The notes under the pieces are model-generated. The model saw nothing but the letters and a program-made list of their open reading frames with translations, did not search any database and had not been told where the DNA came from. A stretch of 64,000 nt of DNA from Octopus vulgaris (lineage: Eukaryota): assembly GCA_951406725.2 (NCBI GenBank), contig OX597839.1, positions 13,888,001 through 13,952,000 of the forward strand, in the 5' to 3' direction. Positions 13,266 to 26,449 of the stretch are shown in pieces. Each line of letters begins with the position of its first letter. Position 1 is the stretch's first letter. The translations under genes and the position numbers were made by a program.

Positions 13266-14214
13266 ACGTGTAATATATATATGTGTGTTTGTGTGCGCGT
13301 CGATGTGTATGTGTGTGTATATGTGCTGTGGTGTATACGCACATGTGTGTGTGTGTATGTATGCTGAAGAAAGATAACATTCGTCCCCTTGTCGTTGTTG
13401 GTACATGACGTCTTTACGCCGCTTATCTCGCCATAACAACAACAAACCAACCACAGCATGCCTGATGCCAGGCTGGCTTAATACAACACTGTAATAACCG
13501 AGCGAATCGGAGAAAGCCAACGTTTATCTATTGTTTCTTCTGAATGTCAATTGTTGCCAATTATTGCTCTGACTTCCTTCCTGCGATTTCTTCTACCAGC
13601 GTCAAGCAAAATTTAAAGGACGAGAGAGAGTGTGGAGAAATTGCGAGAGAAAGAAAGGGAAGGAGAGAATGAGAGAGAGAAAGAAAGAAAGAAAGAAAGA
13701 ATTATAATTCTTTTCTTCAATTGCAAAGCTAACTTCAAATTTAACCTTTAACCCCCATCCTTATGACATCGGCGTAAAAACCCAGTATAGTGAGAAACTC
13801 TTGTCCTTTATCAACAAAAGTGTTTTTTTAATGACCACAAGTTCTGCCAAAAGTTGTTCGACTAAACAACGTCAAAATGAGCTACCGTCATTTGAGAAAA
13901 AATTACTTTAAGAAACGTATACTATGCCACTTCTTGTCTTTCATAACTCCGCAAGACACTCTCTAGGACTGCAAACCTCCCATATATCGTCTTACCAAGT
14001 CTTTTTTTTCCGCAAATGTCAACCCACAGATTTAAAAATGTAAGCATCCATCGTAGCGCTCAAAGTACTCCTGCAAAAGACATGCGACCTGTCCATTCAA
14101 CACCGCTCAAATTTATTTAAAATAACACCTCGATTATGAAAGTATCTTCTGAAAATAGGAACCGGAAATAGTAATCTTCTGGAAATAGTATATGTATGTA
14201 TTTGTGTCTATGTT

Positions 14215-14425
14215 TACGTGTTTGTGTTTGTCCCGCCGACATCGCTTGACAACCGATGGTGGTGTGTTTACGTCCCCGTAACTTAGCAGTTCGGCAAAAG
14301 AGACCGATAGAATTAGTACTAGGCTTGCAAAGAATAAGTCCTGAAGTCGATTTGCTCGACAAAAGACGGTGCTCCAGCATGGCCGCAGTCAAACGACTGA
14401 AACAAGGAAAAAGTGAAAGAGTATA
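14215..14425 (+). mobile_element. SINE S1 3' half
   Basis: CATCGCTTGACAACCGATGG...CAGCATGGCCGCAGTC. Confidence 0.8.
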
Positions 14426-14724
14426 AAAGAGAGATGGTGAAGTTTGTGGTAGCTGTTGATCTAGTTGCTGTTTACAGTTACTACTGGTTCTGTTGGTTGT
14501 TGACGGTATTGTTGTTATTGCGGTTATCGTTGTAGATGATGATGATGATGATGATAATGATAATGATGGAGGGGCGGGGTTGCTTTGTTTTGCTGTTGCC
14601 GTTGTTCTCAACTGCCAAGATATTCGTATATGAAGAATTCAAGAGAAACAGGAGAGGTCACCGCAGAGCACAATGAAAACATTCTAGACACGTTTTACGC
14701 CTATCAAACATTTAGAGCATGTAC

Positions 14725-14766
<42 letters not shown>

Positions 14767-15081
14767 TACACATAAATATATATCTCTTTCTCTTTTGCTT
14801 GTTTCCGTCATTTCACTGTGGTCATGCTGGAGCACCGCCTTTAGTCGAGCAAATCGTTCCCAGGACTTACTCTTTGTAAGTCTAGTACTTATTCTATCGG
14901 TCACTTTGGCCGAACCGCTAAGTTACGGGGACGTAAACACACCAGCATCGGTTGTCAAGCGTTGTTAGGGGAACAAACGCAGACACACATACGTATACAC
15001 GCACACATACATACATACATACATACATACATACATACATACATACATACGCCCGTCGTATATATATATATATATATATAC

Positions 15082-15719
15082 GCGAGAAAGAAGCAACAAG
15101 AATGGATAAGTTTTTAGTACAATCGTTTCATACAAAGACAGGCTTTATTAAAAGGTTGCAAAAATTGCAGCATATAAACGTGTCCCGTACTCATCAGCTA
15201 AAATACATGTGAGTTCTCTAGACATCTTAGTGGTTGAGGCTATACTCATGAAGTAATGTAGATAATTAAGTAACATAAACAGATTTCCAAAGTTCATTAA
15301 AGTTCTTTAAAGATGATGTACAGTCTTATCACAGAATTTTAAAAAAGTTTTAATAGCATCACAGAGAAGGTGACTTAATCCATAGTGTACATATCTCTGG
15401 AAATTCATATGTACACTATGGATTAGGTCACCTTCTCTGTGATGCTATTAAAACTTTTTTAAAAATCTGTGATAAGACTGTACATCATCTTTAAAGAACT
15501 TTAATGAACTTTGGAAATCTGTTTATGTTACTTAATTATCTACATTACTTCATGAGTATAGCCTCAACCACTAAGATGTCTAGAGAACTCACATGTATTT
15601 TAGCTGATGAGTACGGGACACGTTTATATGCTGCAATTTTTGCAACCTTTTAATAAAGCCTGTCTTTGTATGAAACGATTGTACTAAAAACTTATCCATT
15701 CTTGTTGCTTCTTTCTCGC
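15082..15719. repeat. Near-perfect palindrome: 313-bp arms, 12-bp spacer (probable PLE pseudo-LTR fold-back)
   Basis: 15082-15394 is the reverse complement of 15407-15719; I found two mismatches by eye. Sequence related to the right end and flank occurs at about 4940-5060. Confidence 0.93.
15598..15689 (+). ncRNA. Type I hammerhead ribozyme (mirror copy on the minus strand at about 15112-15203)
   Basis: TTTTAG-CTGATGA-GTACGGGACA...TGTCTTTGTAT-GAAAC-gatt-GTA-CTAAAA: intact core, 6-bp stem I and GUA cleavage triplet. Confidence 0.75.
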
Positions 15720-16034
15720 TTATAATCACCCCACATTACTGTATTGTTAAAACCGTATAGTTTTTTGGTGCATCTAAGTTAGGTACCATATTCAAGTAAA
15801 TTGATTAAAATTGACTTGAATCTTTATTGCTTTTTGTATATATATATATATATATACGACGGGCTTCTTTCAGTTTCCGTCTACCAAATCCACTCACAAG
15901 GCTTTGGTCAGCCCGAGGCCATAGTAGAAGACACTTGCCCAAGAACCCGGAGCCATGTGGTTCGTAAGCAAGTTACTTACCACACAGCCACTCCTACGCC
16001 TATATATATATTTAAATATACAAACATACGTGTG

Positions 16035-16218
<184 letters not shown>

Positions 16219-16238
16219 AACATAAAAATAAATTAAAT

Positions 16239-16477
16239 GCGCCCTTTTAAAGCCTAGCCAGGCTCATGTGCCCGGTTTCAATGGCGTATGTGTTCCTCGG
16301 CTGGACGGGACGCCAGTCCATCGCAGCGTTACTCATTTTTGCCAGCTGAGTGGACTGGAGCAACGTGAAATGAAATGTTTTGCTCAAGAACACAAGGCGT
16401 CGCCCGGTTCAGGAATCGAAATCACAATCTTACAATCATGATTCTGACACCCTAACCACTAAGCCACGCGCCTCCAC
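16239..16477 (-). mobile_element. tRNA-derived SINE with V-domain-like CTGCGATGGACTGGCGTCCCGTCCAG
   Basis: Head GTGGAGGCGCGTGGCTTAGTGGTTAG...TTCGATTCC. Tail shared with 28223-28513. Confidence 0.75.
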
Positions 16478-17459
16478 ACACACACATATACGCACACAAA
16501 TGTACATGTATATATATATATGTATATAATCGTGCATGTGTATATACTACATATATATGTATGTATATATGTATATACGTACATATATACTTAGATACAT
16601 ATGTGTGTGTGTGCGTGTGTCTGTGAGTGTGCATAATGCACCCATAGATACAAACGCATACACGGACATATGTGTATATGGGTTGTTAGGTATGTATGTA
16701 GGTATATATATGTGTGTGTGTGTGTGTGTTTTGAGTGTGTATATATATATAGGTGTGTATTAATATATGTATATTATGTATGTAGGTAGAAAGGTATGTA
16801 TGTATCTATGTGTGTATGTGTATGTACGTATGTACTTATGCATGTATGTATGTATGTATGTATGTATGTATGTATGTATATATGTATGTATGTTTGTATG
16901 TATGTTTGTTTGTTTACCAATTTCCCAAGCAACATCGACCCCCAACTGGTTAAGCAGTTTAACATTTCTGAAGAAAACGAATAACTAAGAAGGAACGAAA
17001 GAAAAATGAATAAATGAAAGGAAAGATTTAAGAATGTTTCTTGTCTCAGTCGGGAGTGAGAAAACGGCGCAATTTGATCTCGGTTCCGTCCTGTTATAAA
17101 TCAACGCGATTTTGTTATTTCTACTTCATTATTGAAGTAATGGACGTAACACTGAAATGCTCCTAGAATTACAGTGTTCTCGTATATAAGTGTATATTTG
17201 CGTTTGCCTGTGTAAGTGTGCGTGCGTGTATTTGTGCGTATATGCATGTGTGCATGTGTGTGTGTGTGTGTGTGTATACATATCTACACTCATACACAAA
17301 TGTGGTCCCTCTAACGGTGACAGCTATGACAAGGGAATTAATCAAATTGTAACAGGTAACAGGATCTTTCTATGTATGCGTGTTCTTTTTAATGTGTGTA
17401 TGTGTGTGTGTACACAGACAAACGCACGTACGCACACACATATATAGTTGAAATTTAAA

Positions 17460-17574
17460 GAAAAACGAAAGACGAAGTGTATTAGTTTGACGCTCAGGAA
17501 GGTGAGAAAGTCTTTTACGTTTCGAGCCTACGCTCTTCAACAGAAAGGAACACGACGAAGTATACAGAGAGCGA

Positions 17575-17575
<1 letters not shown>
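17460..17575 (-). repeat. Dispersed copy of the 10751-11425 hammerhead-like repeat
   Basis: Minus strand CTTT-CTGTTGA-A-GAGCgtagGCTC-GAAACGTA-AAAG. Confidence 0.7.
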
Positions 17576-17629
<54 letters not shown>

Positions 17630-17695
17630 CATATACAGATATATATACATATATATGTATAAATACATATATATATATTTTTATATAAATATATA

Positions 17696-18230
17696 CTAGC
17701 ACTATGACCCGGCGTTGCCGAGTCATAGTGCTAGTGCATGCATATACAGGAGAGAGGGAGAGGAGGAGAGAGAGAGAAGGGGAGTGAGGGAGCAGAAGGA
17801 AGGGGTAGAGGAAAGAAGGAGGGAGGGAGAAAGAGGGAAGAAGGGAAGAGGAGTAGGGGTGAAAGGACGAAGGACTGAAGAGAAGTAGGGGTCGGGGGGA
17901 GGTTAGATGAGGAGGGGGAGAGGGGGTTAGATGAGGAGGGGGGGAGTTGAGATAGTCATAGTAGTCATAAGTGAGAGAGAAATAGTCTGTAGTCTGATGA
18001 AATTTTATTTCACAACAAAAATATTCTAATATCGCGACAATTTTTTTCGTAATTTAAAAAGCATGAAAATTATTTATATTATTATCTTATACATAAAGGG
18101 CAATTTCTCTTACCATCCTGCAGCCTATATAAGTGAACCAATCTTCACAAAACTTTGCATACATGCTAAACTAACATCTAGTTCAATTATAGGCTAATTG
18201 GATTTCTTATTACATCTGATAAAATACAGA
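17696..18230 (+). mobile_element. Possible non-autonomous Helitron/HINE-like element
   Basis: Starts ACTAGC..ACCCGGCGTTGCC with an internal GA-rich tract. Similar starts occur at 55807 and about 38600. Confidence 0.35.
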
Positions 18231-18237
18231 AAGGATG

Positions 18238-18284
<47 letters not shown>

Positions 18285-18488
18285 GAGGTGGCGAGCTGGC
18301 AGAATCGTCAGCACTCCAGCCAAAATGCGTAGTGGTATCCAAGGCTTAATTCTGAGTTCAAATTCCGCCGAGGTCGACTTTGCCTTTCATCCTTTCGGAA
18401 TCGATAAATTAAGTACCTGCGAAACACTTGAGTCGATGCAATCGACTAGTCCCTACAAATTTCAGGCCTTGTGGCTTTAGTAGAAAGG

Positions 18489-18490
<2 letters not shown>
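18285..18490 (+). mobile_element. tRNA-derived SINE family S2, (ATT)n-tail variant
   Basis: AGGTGGCGAGCTGGCAGAATCG...GAGTTCAAATTCC...CCTTTCATCCTTTCGG; ends TAGAAAGGATTATTATT. Confidence 0.8.
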
Positions 18491-18544
<54 letters not shown>

Positions 18545-18582
18545 CATTATTATCATCATCATCATTATAATCATTATTATTA

Positions 18583-18643
<61 letters not shown>
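18489..18643. repeat. (ATT)n microsatellite
   Basis: Seen directly. Confidence 0.97.
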
Positions 18644-18644
<1 letters not shown>

Positions 18645-18830
18645 AGGCGGCGAGCTGGCAGAATCGTTAGCACGCCAAGCAAAATGCTTAGTGGCATTTC
18701 GTCTGTCTTTACGTTCTGAGTTCGAATTCCGCCGAGGTCGACTTTGCCTTTCGTCCTTCGGCTTCGTAAATTAAGTACTATCAAAACATTGACTAGTCCA
18801 CTCCTCTTAAAACTTTTAGACTTTGTGCCT
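18644..18830 (+). mobile_element. SINE S2
   Basis: AAGGCGGCGAGCTGGCAGAATCGTTAG head. Confidence 0.75.
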
Positions 18831-18831
18831 G

Positions 18832-19231
18832 TTTTACTTGTTTCAGTCATTTGACTGTGGCCATGCTGGAGCACCGCCTTTAGTCGAGCAAATCGACCCC
18901 CAGGACTTATTCTTTGTAAGCGTAGTACTTATTCTGTCAGTCTCTTTGCCGAACCGCTAAGTTACGGGGACGTAAACACATCAGCATCGGTTGACAAGCG
19001 ATGTTGGGAGGAAAAACACAGACACACAAACATACACACACACACACACACATGCATACATATATATGACGGGCTTCTTTCAGTTTCCGTCTACCAAATC
19101 CACTCACAAGGTTTTGGTCGGCCCGAGGCTATAGTAGAAGACACTTGCCCAAGGTGCCACGCGGTGGGACTGAACCCGGAACCATGTGGTTGGTAAGCAA
19201 GCTACATACCACACAGCCACTCCTGCGCCTA
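18832..19231 (-). mobile_element. SINE S1
   Basis: Full-length copy. Confidence 0.87.
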
Positions 19232-19709
19232 TATAAAAAAAATGACATTATGTAAATTTATAGAAGAATACCCCCACCCTTCCCCGATTTCAGTCGGAAA
19301 TGTTTGTACTTGTTGGATGACTAAGGTATTGTAATTAGACGGAGAAGTTTCTCTCTGCTAAAATAACGCTGTCTGGAGAAGGATGGGTTTTGCCATTGTG
19401 ACTTGCCTTAGGACAAACCACAATGTTAAAAATGTGAATTTAATTTGTTTCGCCCAATCCAATAAGTCTCGACCAATGAAACAATATTCTTGTTGCAGGA
19501 TGTTTTGGGTGTATTTCTTTTTTCTTTCATTTCTAATTAAACGTTAATTTTCGTTCATTTAAGAACGCTATTTATTTAACACTCTGCTCCCCCAGTTTCA
19601 TTCATTTTAATGTCAGGACACAATTTTCTCATCCTAGAAACAAGAAACTGATTTAGATTATTTACTAAGTTTGTAGTTTCGGTGGGTAATCGTGTCTTAT
19701 ATATATATA

Positions 19710-20974
19710 GAGGGTGCGTAAGCTATTTGAGGATAGATTTACATTTATGTAAAAAAAAAAAACAGATGTATAATGACAGATGATAACTTTATTTATCAAA
19801 AAAATGCTATGAGGATAAAAAAATAAACTTTCTTTTCAATAAAGTCAACTTCAGCTTCAACAACTACTTCTATATGAGATTTAATTCATCTACATGTTGG
19901 AATCAAGTGGTCCTCCTTCATTTTGGACATTACTCTGACTATGGCAGCTTTCAAAGAATCTTTGGTGTTATGGGCATGTTCATTGACTTCTCTCTCAACA
20001 GCGCTTCACATATAAATAGTCCAATGGATTGAGATCTGGGGAATTAGGAGGCCAAGTGTCAGGGGTTATGTGATCATGAAAATTTTCAGCCATCCATTCC
20101 TGTGTTACTAGAGCTATGTGTGATAGTGCAGAATCTTACTGAAACACATGGCCTTCCATTGCATACACTGTCTATCTAGGGATTAACAATTATTTCCAGG
20201 ACTTCAATGTAGGCGGTAGAGTTAACTCTAAGGCCTTGTGGAAAGAAGTAAGGAGGCATCAGATGTTGTTCGTTGCTGACAACCCCTAAAAACCATGACA
20301 GTTGCAAGAAATTTTGTATGCACAACACTTGGAACTTCAAAAGGGCCTGCATATAACCATTGGTCATTTCTTCTGTTAACTTTTTGATTTTGGTCGCAGT
20401 TTTTCTTGTTTGAGTAAATTCAAATCAAATCTTCTTCTGTTGGATTTTTCAGTTTGTTTAAGAGCCTTTTAGATCTGATATCATGATTTTCTTTTGTTTT
20501 TTCTGACAAATTAACCTTTCCTCATCATAAAAGACTTATATCTGATGTCTTCGTGGACAACATTTCTGACTGTTCCTTCTGACACATGGAGATCTTTTAC
20601 AATTGACCTAATGGACTTTCTGGGATTGTAATCAATGGTCTGTTGAACTTGCTTCATAAATTCAGGTGTTCTGATGATTTCAGAGCATTTTGAATGATTT
20701 TTATGCTTTGATACTGGTGATACATTTCCATCTTTAGTCTCTAGCTCCTTAAAAACTTTGTAGACGAAAGATCTGGCAACTTTTTAAAAAATCGAGATAT
20801 TTCTAAATCACTATTCTCAACCTTTATAACCACAATAATAGCATGACCCTTCATTTCTTGAGTAAGCTGAGGGTATGCCATTATTATTTTCTGAAACAAA
20901 GATTATACAAAGTTAGCAAAAAATGCAGCAATGACCCAAAAAAAGGTATGTCCTCAAATACCTTACGCACCCTG
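19710..20974 (-). mobile_element. maT (DD37D) Tc1/mariner transposon, decayed, both TIRs present
   Basis: TIRs (C/G)AGGGTGCGTAAG(C/G)TATTTGAGGA flanked by TA. Minus strand FQ*DSALSH...WPPNSPDLNPLDY has 37 residues between the last two Asp. Confidence 0.9.
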
Positions 20975-20984
20975 TATACATATC

Positions 20985-21039
<55 letters not shown>

Positions 21040-21137
21040 ATGTGTGTATGTATATATGTATGTATGTATGTACACACATATACATGCTTGTATTTATGTA
21101 TGCGTACATGTATGTAAATTCATCTATGTATATATAT

Positions 21138-21185
<48 letters not shown>

Positions 21186-21581
21186 TGTATTCAAAGTCAT
21201 TTGTAAATAGTTTCACACCAAACCTTTTCTTTCTCTTAAAGAATATCTAGAATATCTATGACAACAACGAGATGATTAGAGGAATTTCATCAAATTGTCT
21301 GCGACATGTTGGACTGCAAGCAAACAGATAACGCAAACTGCGAGACTTATCAACGAAATTGTTTTGTTTTCGCCTCTCCTCCCTTTGTCAGTCAAGCTTA
21401 TCTGTAGTTGCCATTTACATTTTCTTTATTTCGTATAATCAGCAGACACTTTCTTGGTGACATCAGACAGATAAACCACATTTCCACTAACGCAGGGAAC
21501 ATTTCACTGCCTTCTGTCGCCTCTCTTTATATTTTTTTTATCAGTCCTGCCAGTAAAATATTTATTATTATATAGCGTTCT

Positions 21582-22000
21582 AAGGCGGCGAGCTAGCAGA
21601 GTCGTTAGCACGCCGAGCGAAATGTTTTGCGGTGTTTCGTCTGCCTTTGCATTCTGAGTTCAAATTCCGCCGAGGTCGACTTTACCTTTCATCCTTTCGG
21701 GGTCGATTAAATAAGTACCAGTTACGCACCTGGGGTCGATATAATCGACTTAATTCTTTTTACCTGTCCTTGTTTGTCCTTTCTGTGTTTAGCCCCTTGT
21801 GGGTAGTAAAGAAATAGGTATTTCGTCTGCCGTTACGTTCTGAGTTCAAATTCCGCCGAGGTCGACTTTGCCTTTCATCCTTTCGGGGTCGATTAAATAA
21901 GTACCAGTTACGCACTGGGATCGATGTAATCGATTTAGTCCCTTTGTCTGTCCTTGTTTGTCTCCTCTATGTTTAGCTCCTTGTGGGCAATAAAGAAATA
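21582..22000 (+). mobile_element. SINE S2 head-to-tail dimer with Tx1-type tails
   Basis: The first unit ends GCCCCTTGTGGGTAGTAAAGAAATAG and joins a 5'-truncated unit starting GTATTTCGTCTGCC. Further degenerate S2 copies run to about 22380. Confidence 0.85.
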
Positions 22001-22384
22001 AGAATCGTTTGCACGTCGGGCATTTGTACATCTTTATGTTTTGAGTTTAAATGCCACCGAATCTGATTTTGTCTTTCACCTTCTTGGGCTCGATAAAACA
22101 GGTACCATTAATCAACTTATCCATCGCCCGAGATTGCTGGCCATGTACCAAAATTCGAAACCAATATCATTATTGTTAAAAGTGGTGAACGGACAGAATC
22201 ATTAGAGCGTCGGAGAAAAAAATGTTTAGCGGCATTTCGTCCGTTTTTATGTCTTGAGTTCAAATTCCGTCGAGGTCGACTTTGACTTTCATCCTTTCGG
22301 GATCGATAAAATAAGAACCAATTGAACACTGGGGTCAATGTAATCGACTTACTCCCTCCCTATCATGAAATTGCTGACCCACTC

Positions 22385-22801
22385 TCTTACTCTTTTACTT
22401 GTTTCAGTCATTTGGCTGTGGTCATGCTAGAGCAGCCTTTAGTCGAGCAAATCGACCCCAGGACTTATTCTTTTGTAAGCCTAGTACTTATTCCATCGCT
22501 CTCTTTTGCCGAACCGCTAAGTTACGGGAACGCAAATACACCAGCATCGGTTGTCAAGCGGTGTTGGGAGACAAACACAGACACACAACCACACATACAC
22601 ACACACATATATATATATAGATATTTATACATATATACGATAGGCTTCTTTCAGTTTCTGCCAACCAAATCCACTCACAAGGCTTTGGTCGGCCTGAGGC
22701 TATAGTAGAAGACTCTTGCCCAAGGTGCCACGCAGTGGGACTGAACCCAGAACCATGTGGTTGGTAAGTAAGCTACCTATCACACAGCCTCTCCTGCGCC
22801 T
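22385..22801 (-). mobile_element. SINE S1
   Basis: Full-length copy. Confidence 0.85.
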
Positions 22802-23065
22802 AACTCCTGCCAAAATTTGAAATGAATATCACTAGATGCAGAACGGATGAACAGACGACAAAGGCCAGGATCAACCAGTTCGGTTAACAAACTACTACTA
22901 TCGTCTGCATTTGTTGCGTGAGCAGATGAGATATTTCAATGAGTGAAAGCTCAACGTGACTAAAACCAAAGCAAGACATCCATGCTGCATCGCTCCATCG
23001 GGATATCAAGTGTGAAAGAGTTGCATTAGTCCGAGCAAGTCGCCCAACTCGATGATGATGATGAT

Positions 23066-23405
23066 GGGTTAGGGTTAGGGGTGGGGAGAAGGGTATCTTT
23101 TTTTCTTCACAAATGTAAGTAAGCCCTTCTTCACAAATGTAAGTAAGCCCAATCTGTTTCTTAAACGAGGGACATATTCATACGGCACAGAATGTTTTTT
23201 TACCTCAATACACGTCATTGATTGGTTGAAATTGCAGAAATTGAAGAAAAAACAACAACAAATATCTTACAAACCATAGAATTTTCTCAATAAAGCCAAG
23301 AGAAAAAGATGTTTTATAAACACATTCTACCAGTATACGAAGTTTAAAAGTGTTTAGTTACGTGGAAATTATTTAAAAATACTGCCGTTCGAACAGTAAA
23401 GATCC
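23066..23405 (-). mobile_element. Partial MITE of the GGATC-terminus family
   Basis: Reverse complement of about 26450-26765; begins at GGGTTAGGGTTAGGG. Confidence 0.75.
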
Positions 23406-23597
23406 AACAATTCTATAACTCAGTAGACTTTCCCATCAAGATTGTTCTATTACCTATCATCCTATCATTTACCTTGCTAAATGTCAACGAATTTAAGTGG
23501 ATGTTCATTCCACTTTCATTACTAAGTTATCACCTTAATATCTCTTCAGTCGCTCCTTAACAGCGATCACTTAAGACTAAACAGGTTGGGACTGATA

Positions 23598-23828
23598 AAG
23601 GCGGCGAGCTGGCAGAAACGTTAGCGCGCCGGGCGAAATGCGTAGCCGTATTCGTCTGCCGTTACGTTGTGAGTTCAAATTCCGCCGAGGTCGACTTTAC
23701 CTTTCATCCTTTCGGGGTCGATAAATTAAGTACCAGTTACGCACTGGGGTCGATGTAATCGACTTAATACCTATGTCTGTCGTTGTTTGTCCCCTTTATG
23801 TTTAGCCCCTTGTGGGTAATAAAGAAAT
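23598..23828 (+). mobile_element. Full-length SINE S2 with Tx1-type tail and 15-bp TSD
   Basis: TSD AGGTTGGGACTGATA at 23583-23597 and 23829-23843. Tail TTTAGCCCCTTGTGGGTAATAAAGAAAT. Confidence 0.92.
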
Positions 23829-25141
23829 AGGTTGGGACTGATATATATATAACCCAAAAACCTTACACGTCGATGTTGTCTTATCACTTCACATCCTATC
23901 TTTTATTTTACGAAATGCCAACGAATCAAAGCGGTTATTCTTTTCTGTTTCATTGGTTAAATCTCACCTCATTGTGTTCCGTCGCTCCTTTACAGTAACC
24001 AATATTTATTGAGTATTAATCATATTAATTTGTGTCGCTGTTTCTTTCAGTGATACTAAATTCGGATTAGAAAAGAATATAAATTAGGAAACACCACGGC
24101 AACCTAGTCTGACGTGTTCATCAGGCGATCTGACACAGCTCTTGTAATATATTTAGTGTAAGTACTAATTTAATGTTGTGAAAACATTAATTTCTGTCAC
24201 AAGGCAAACAAACGGAAGGCAAAGGTGACTGTATCATACGATACATGATTCGAGAAGTGGTGCCAGGGAACGAAGAAAGGCGGTTCAACCGATATTTTAT
24301 GATGTTTAAAGAAGATAACAACTTTTAGTCACTTTGGTCCTTTGTAGTTTATGTTAGGTTAAGTGACATAAGGATAGACTAGTTAGTACATTGTGTGTGT
24401 GTGTGTGTGTGTGTACCTGCGTACGCATGTGTATATGAGTATGTGTGCGAGCCTGCACTTTAAAGTAATTTAAATAATACATACATACATGCAAACATAT
24501 ACATAAATAATAATCATGGATAAAATCTTTATAAGATTTTATCGAGTATCCAGCATGTAATAAACCACATAGGTAACAATTAATACAAGTAAATATAATT
24601 ATATAAATATAATTATAATAATAAGGGTATTAATGAAAAGCGCCACATGCTAGAAATAGATGCCAACTGGCTCTAAGGACTACAATTTATTTACTCCATT
24701 AGTATGGAGTGAAAGCGAGGAAAGTGAATAGAAAATATTTTTTAAAAGTTTAACCATAAATCGATTTCTAGTTTAGGGATGTAAAATCTTCTAGCCTTCA
24801 TGAATATGGTATGACAAATTGTTCATAATTATAAACATTTATACATACCAATACGAATAACTTGTATTCATAAGCATATATACAAACGTTCACATTTATG
24901 TACGAGCTAAATCTAATTTATCCACCTCAAACACGTGCATATATGGCTGAAAATAATACCGCAGTGAATATTTCGGTCGGAGCAATTTGAATTTATTTAT
25001 TTAATTATCGAGGATAAAAACTTTATTACATATATATATATATATATGTCGGTATGTATGTATATACCTACCTACATACACACACATATGTAAATATATA
25101 TACATGTAAATACACGTATAAATATTTACATCTACATCTAC

Positions 25142-25172
<31 letters not shown>

Positions 25173-26449
25173 GAGGGGAAGAGAGAGAGAGAGAGGGAGA
25201 AGTTTCTTTTAGATTTGATTTTGTCAACCCATTGAAATTTCATTACAAAGCATTTTTCTTTTTTCCTTTTTCTCTCTTCCTTCTCTTTCCTTTTTCATTG
25301 TATACCTATCAACATATTTGTAAATAAACTCATCTTCTCACAAGGGCTGGTGACTTTTCAAAATGTCGATTTTAAGAATTAGGATGGGAAAGATAAGAAA
25401 AGAGGGAAGGATGTGGTCATCACTGAAAAATATAAAAAGAGTTCAAAGTCCTATGAAAATGAACATTCCTTTACACTTGTATAGCCAAGTCTAATATTCT
25501 GTGTAATTCCATGTTTTGCAAGAACAAACATTAAATGTTAGTACAACATTAATAAATTAGGAAAATAGAGGCAGAATACGAAAAAATAATTTGAGTTCGG
25601 TACTGTTCTCTATGTACATTGAATCAAGCCTGTTTAAATATATTTTTGAGTATCTTTCATTCTTTTGTAGGGTTTATTTTTCGACTAAAGTGAAAGTAAA
25701 ATCTCTCCTACCTCACTCACTCACACTCTATTGAACAAAACCACACTTGTATGAGAACGATAAGATAAAACACACACAAAAAAGACTAATTATTATATAA
25801 CAAGTAACACTGGAGATATAATACGATATCACTTTAATATTGACGTGGTATCAATCGACAAATAGGGGTTAATCCCACTCCTATCATCTTGAACACTTCA
25901 CGGCCTACTTGAGAAGATATGAAAGACGCCAACTCAACTTGGATAAAACCACTCTACACTAAGATTGCATCATAAAGAAAACTACCGCCTTCATAGGCGA
26001 TTACGATGTTTGAAAGAGGTTAATTATAAAAACAAATAAACTCCAGCTTTTGATGACTAAATACATGTTTGTCCCGTGTCTGACCTCACGTTCACCAGTT
26101 TTTAGATATGGAGCAGGCAACAGGTTTGCTGTGAGCAATCTGTCTTGTGTCTGACATCACGTCCGCCAAAACTTGAGACATGAAGAAGCAGACGACAGGT
26201 TTGTTCTGAACACCTGAGTGTCATTATCGGTTAAACAGCAAATGAATTTTGGAGGGAAATGGTGGGAGACAAATACTTTGAGTGCCTGTATAACTGTCTG
26301 TTTGCAGATACCACTGCATTGCTGTTGGAGTTAGTTTGCCTACAAGCCGATAAATACGGTCGATAACCGACAGATTTTAAAAATATTTTTTCTAACTAAA
26401 CACTTTCAAACTTCGTATACTGGTAGAATGTGTCATATAAAACATCTTT

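Larger units (their letters stand above)
14790..16001 (-). mobile_element. SINE S1 interrupted in its internal (TA)n by a palindromic insertion of about 760 bp
   Basis: The 3' half is at 14790-15000 and the 5' half at 15855-16001. Confidence 0.8.
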
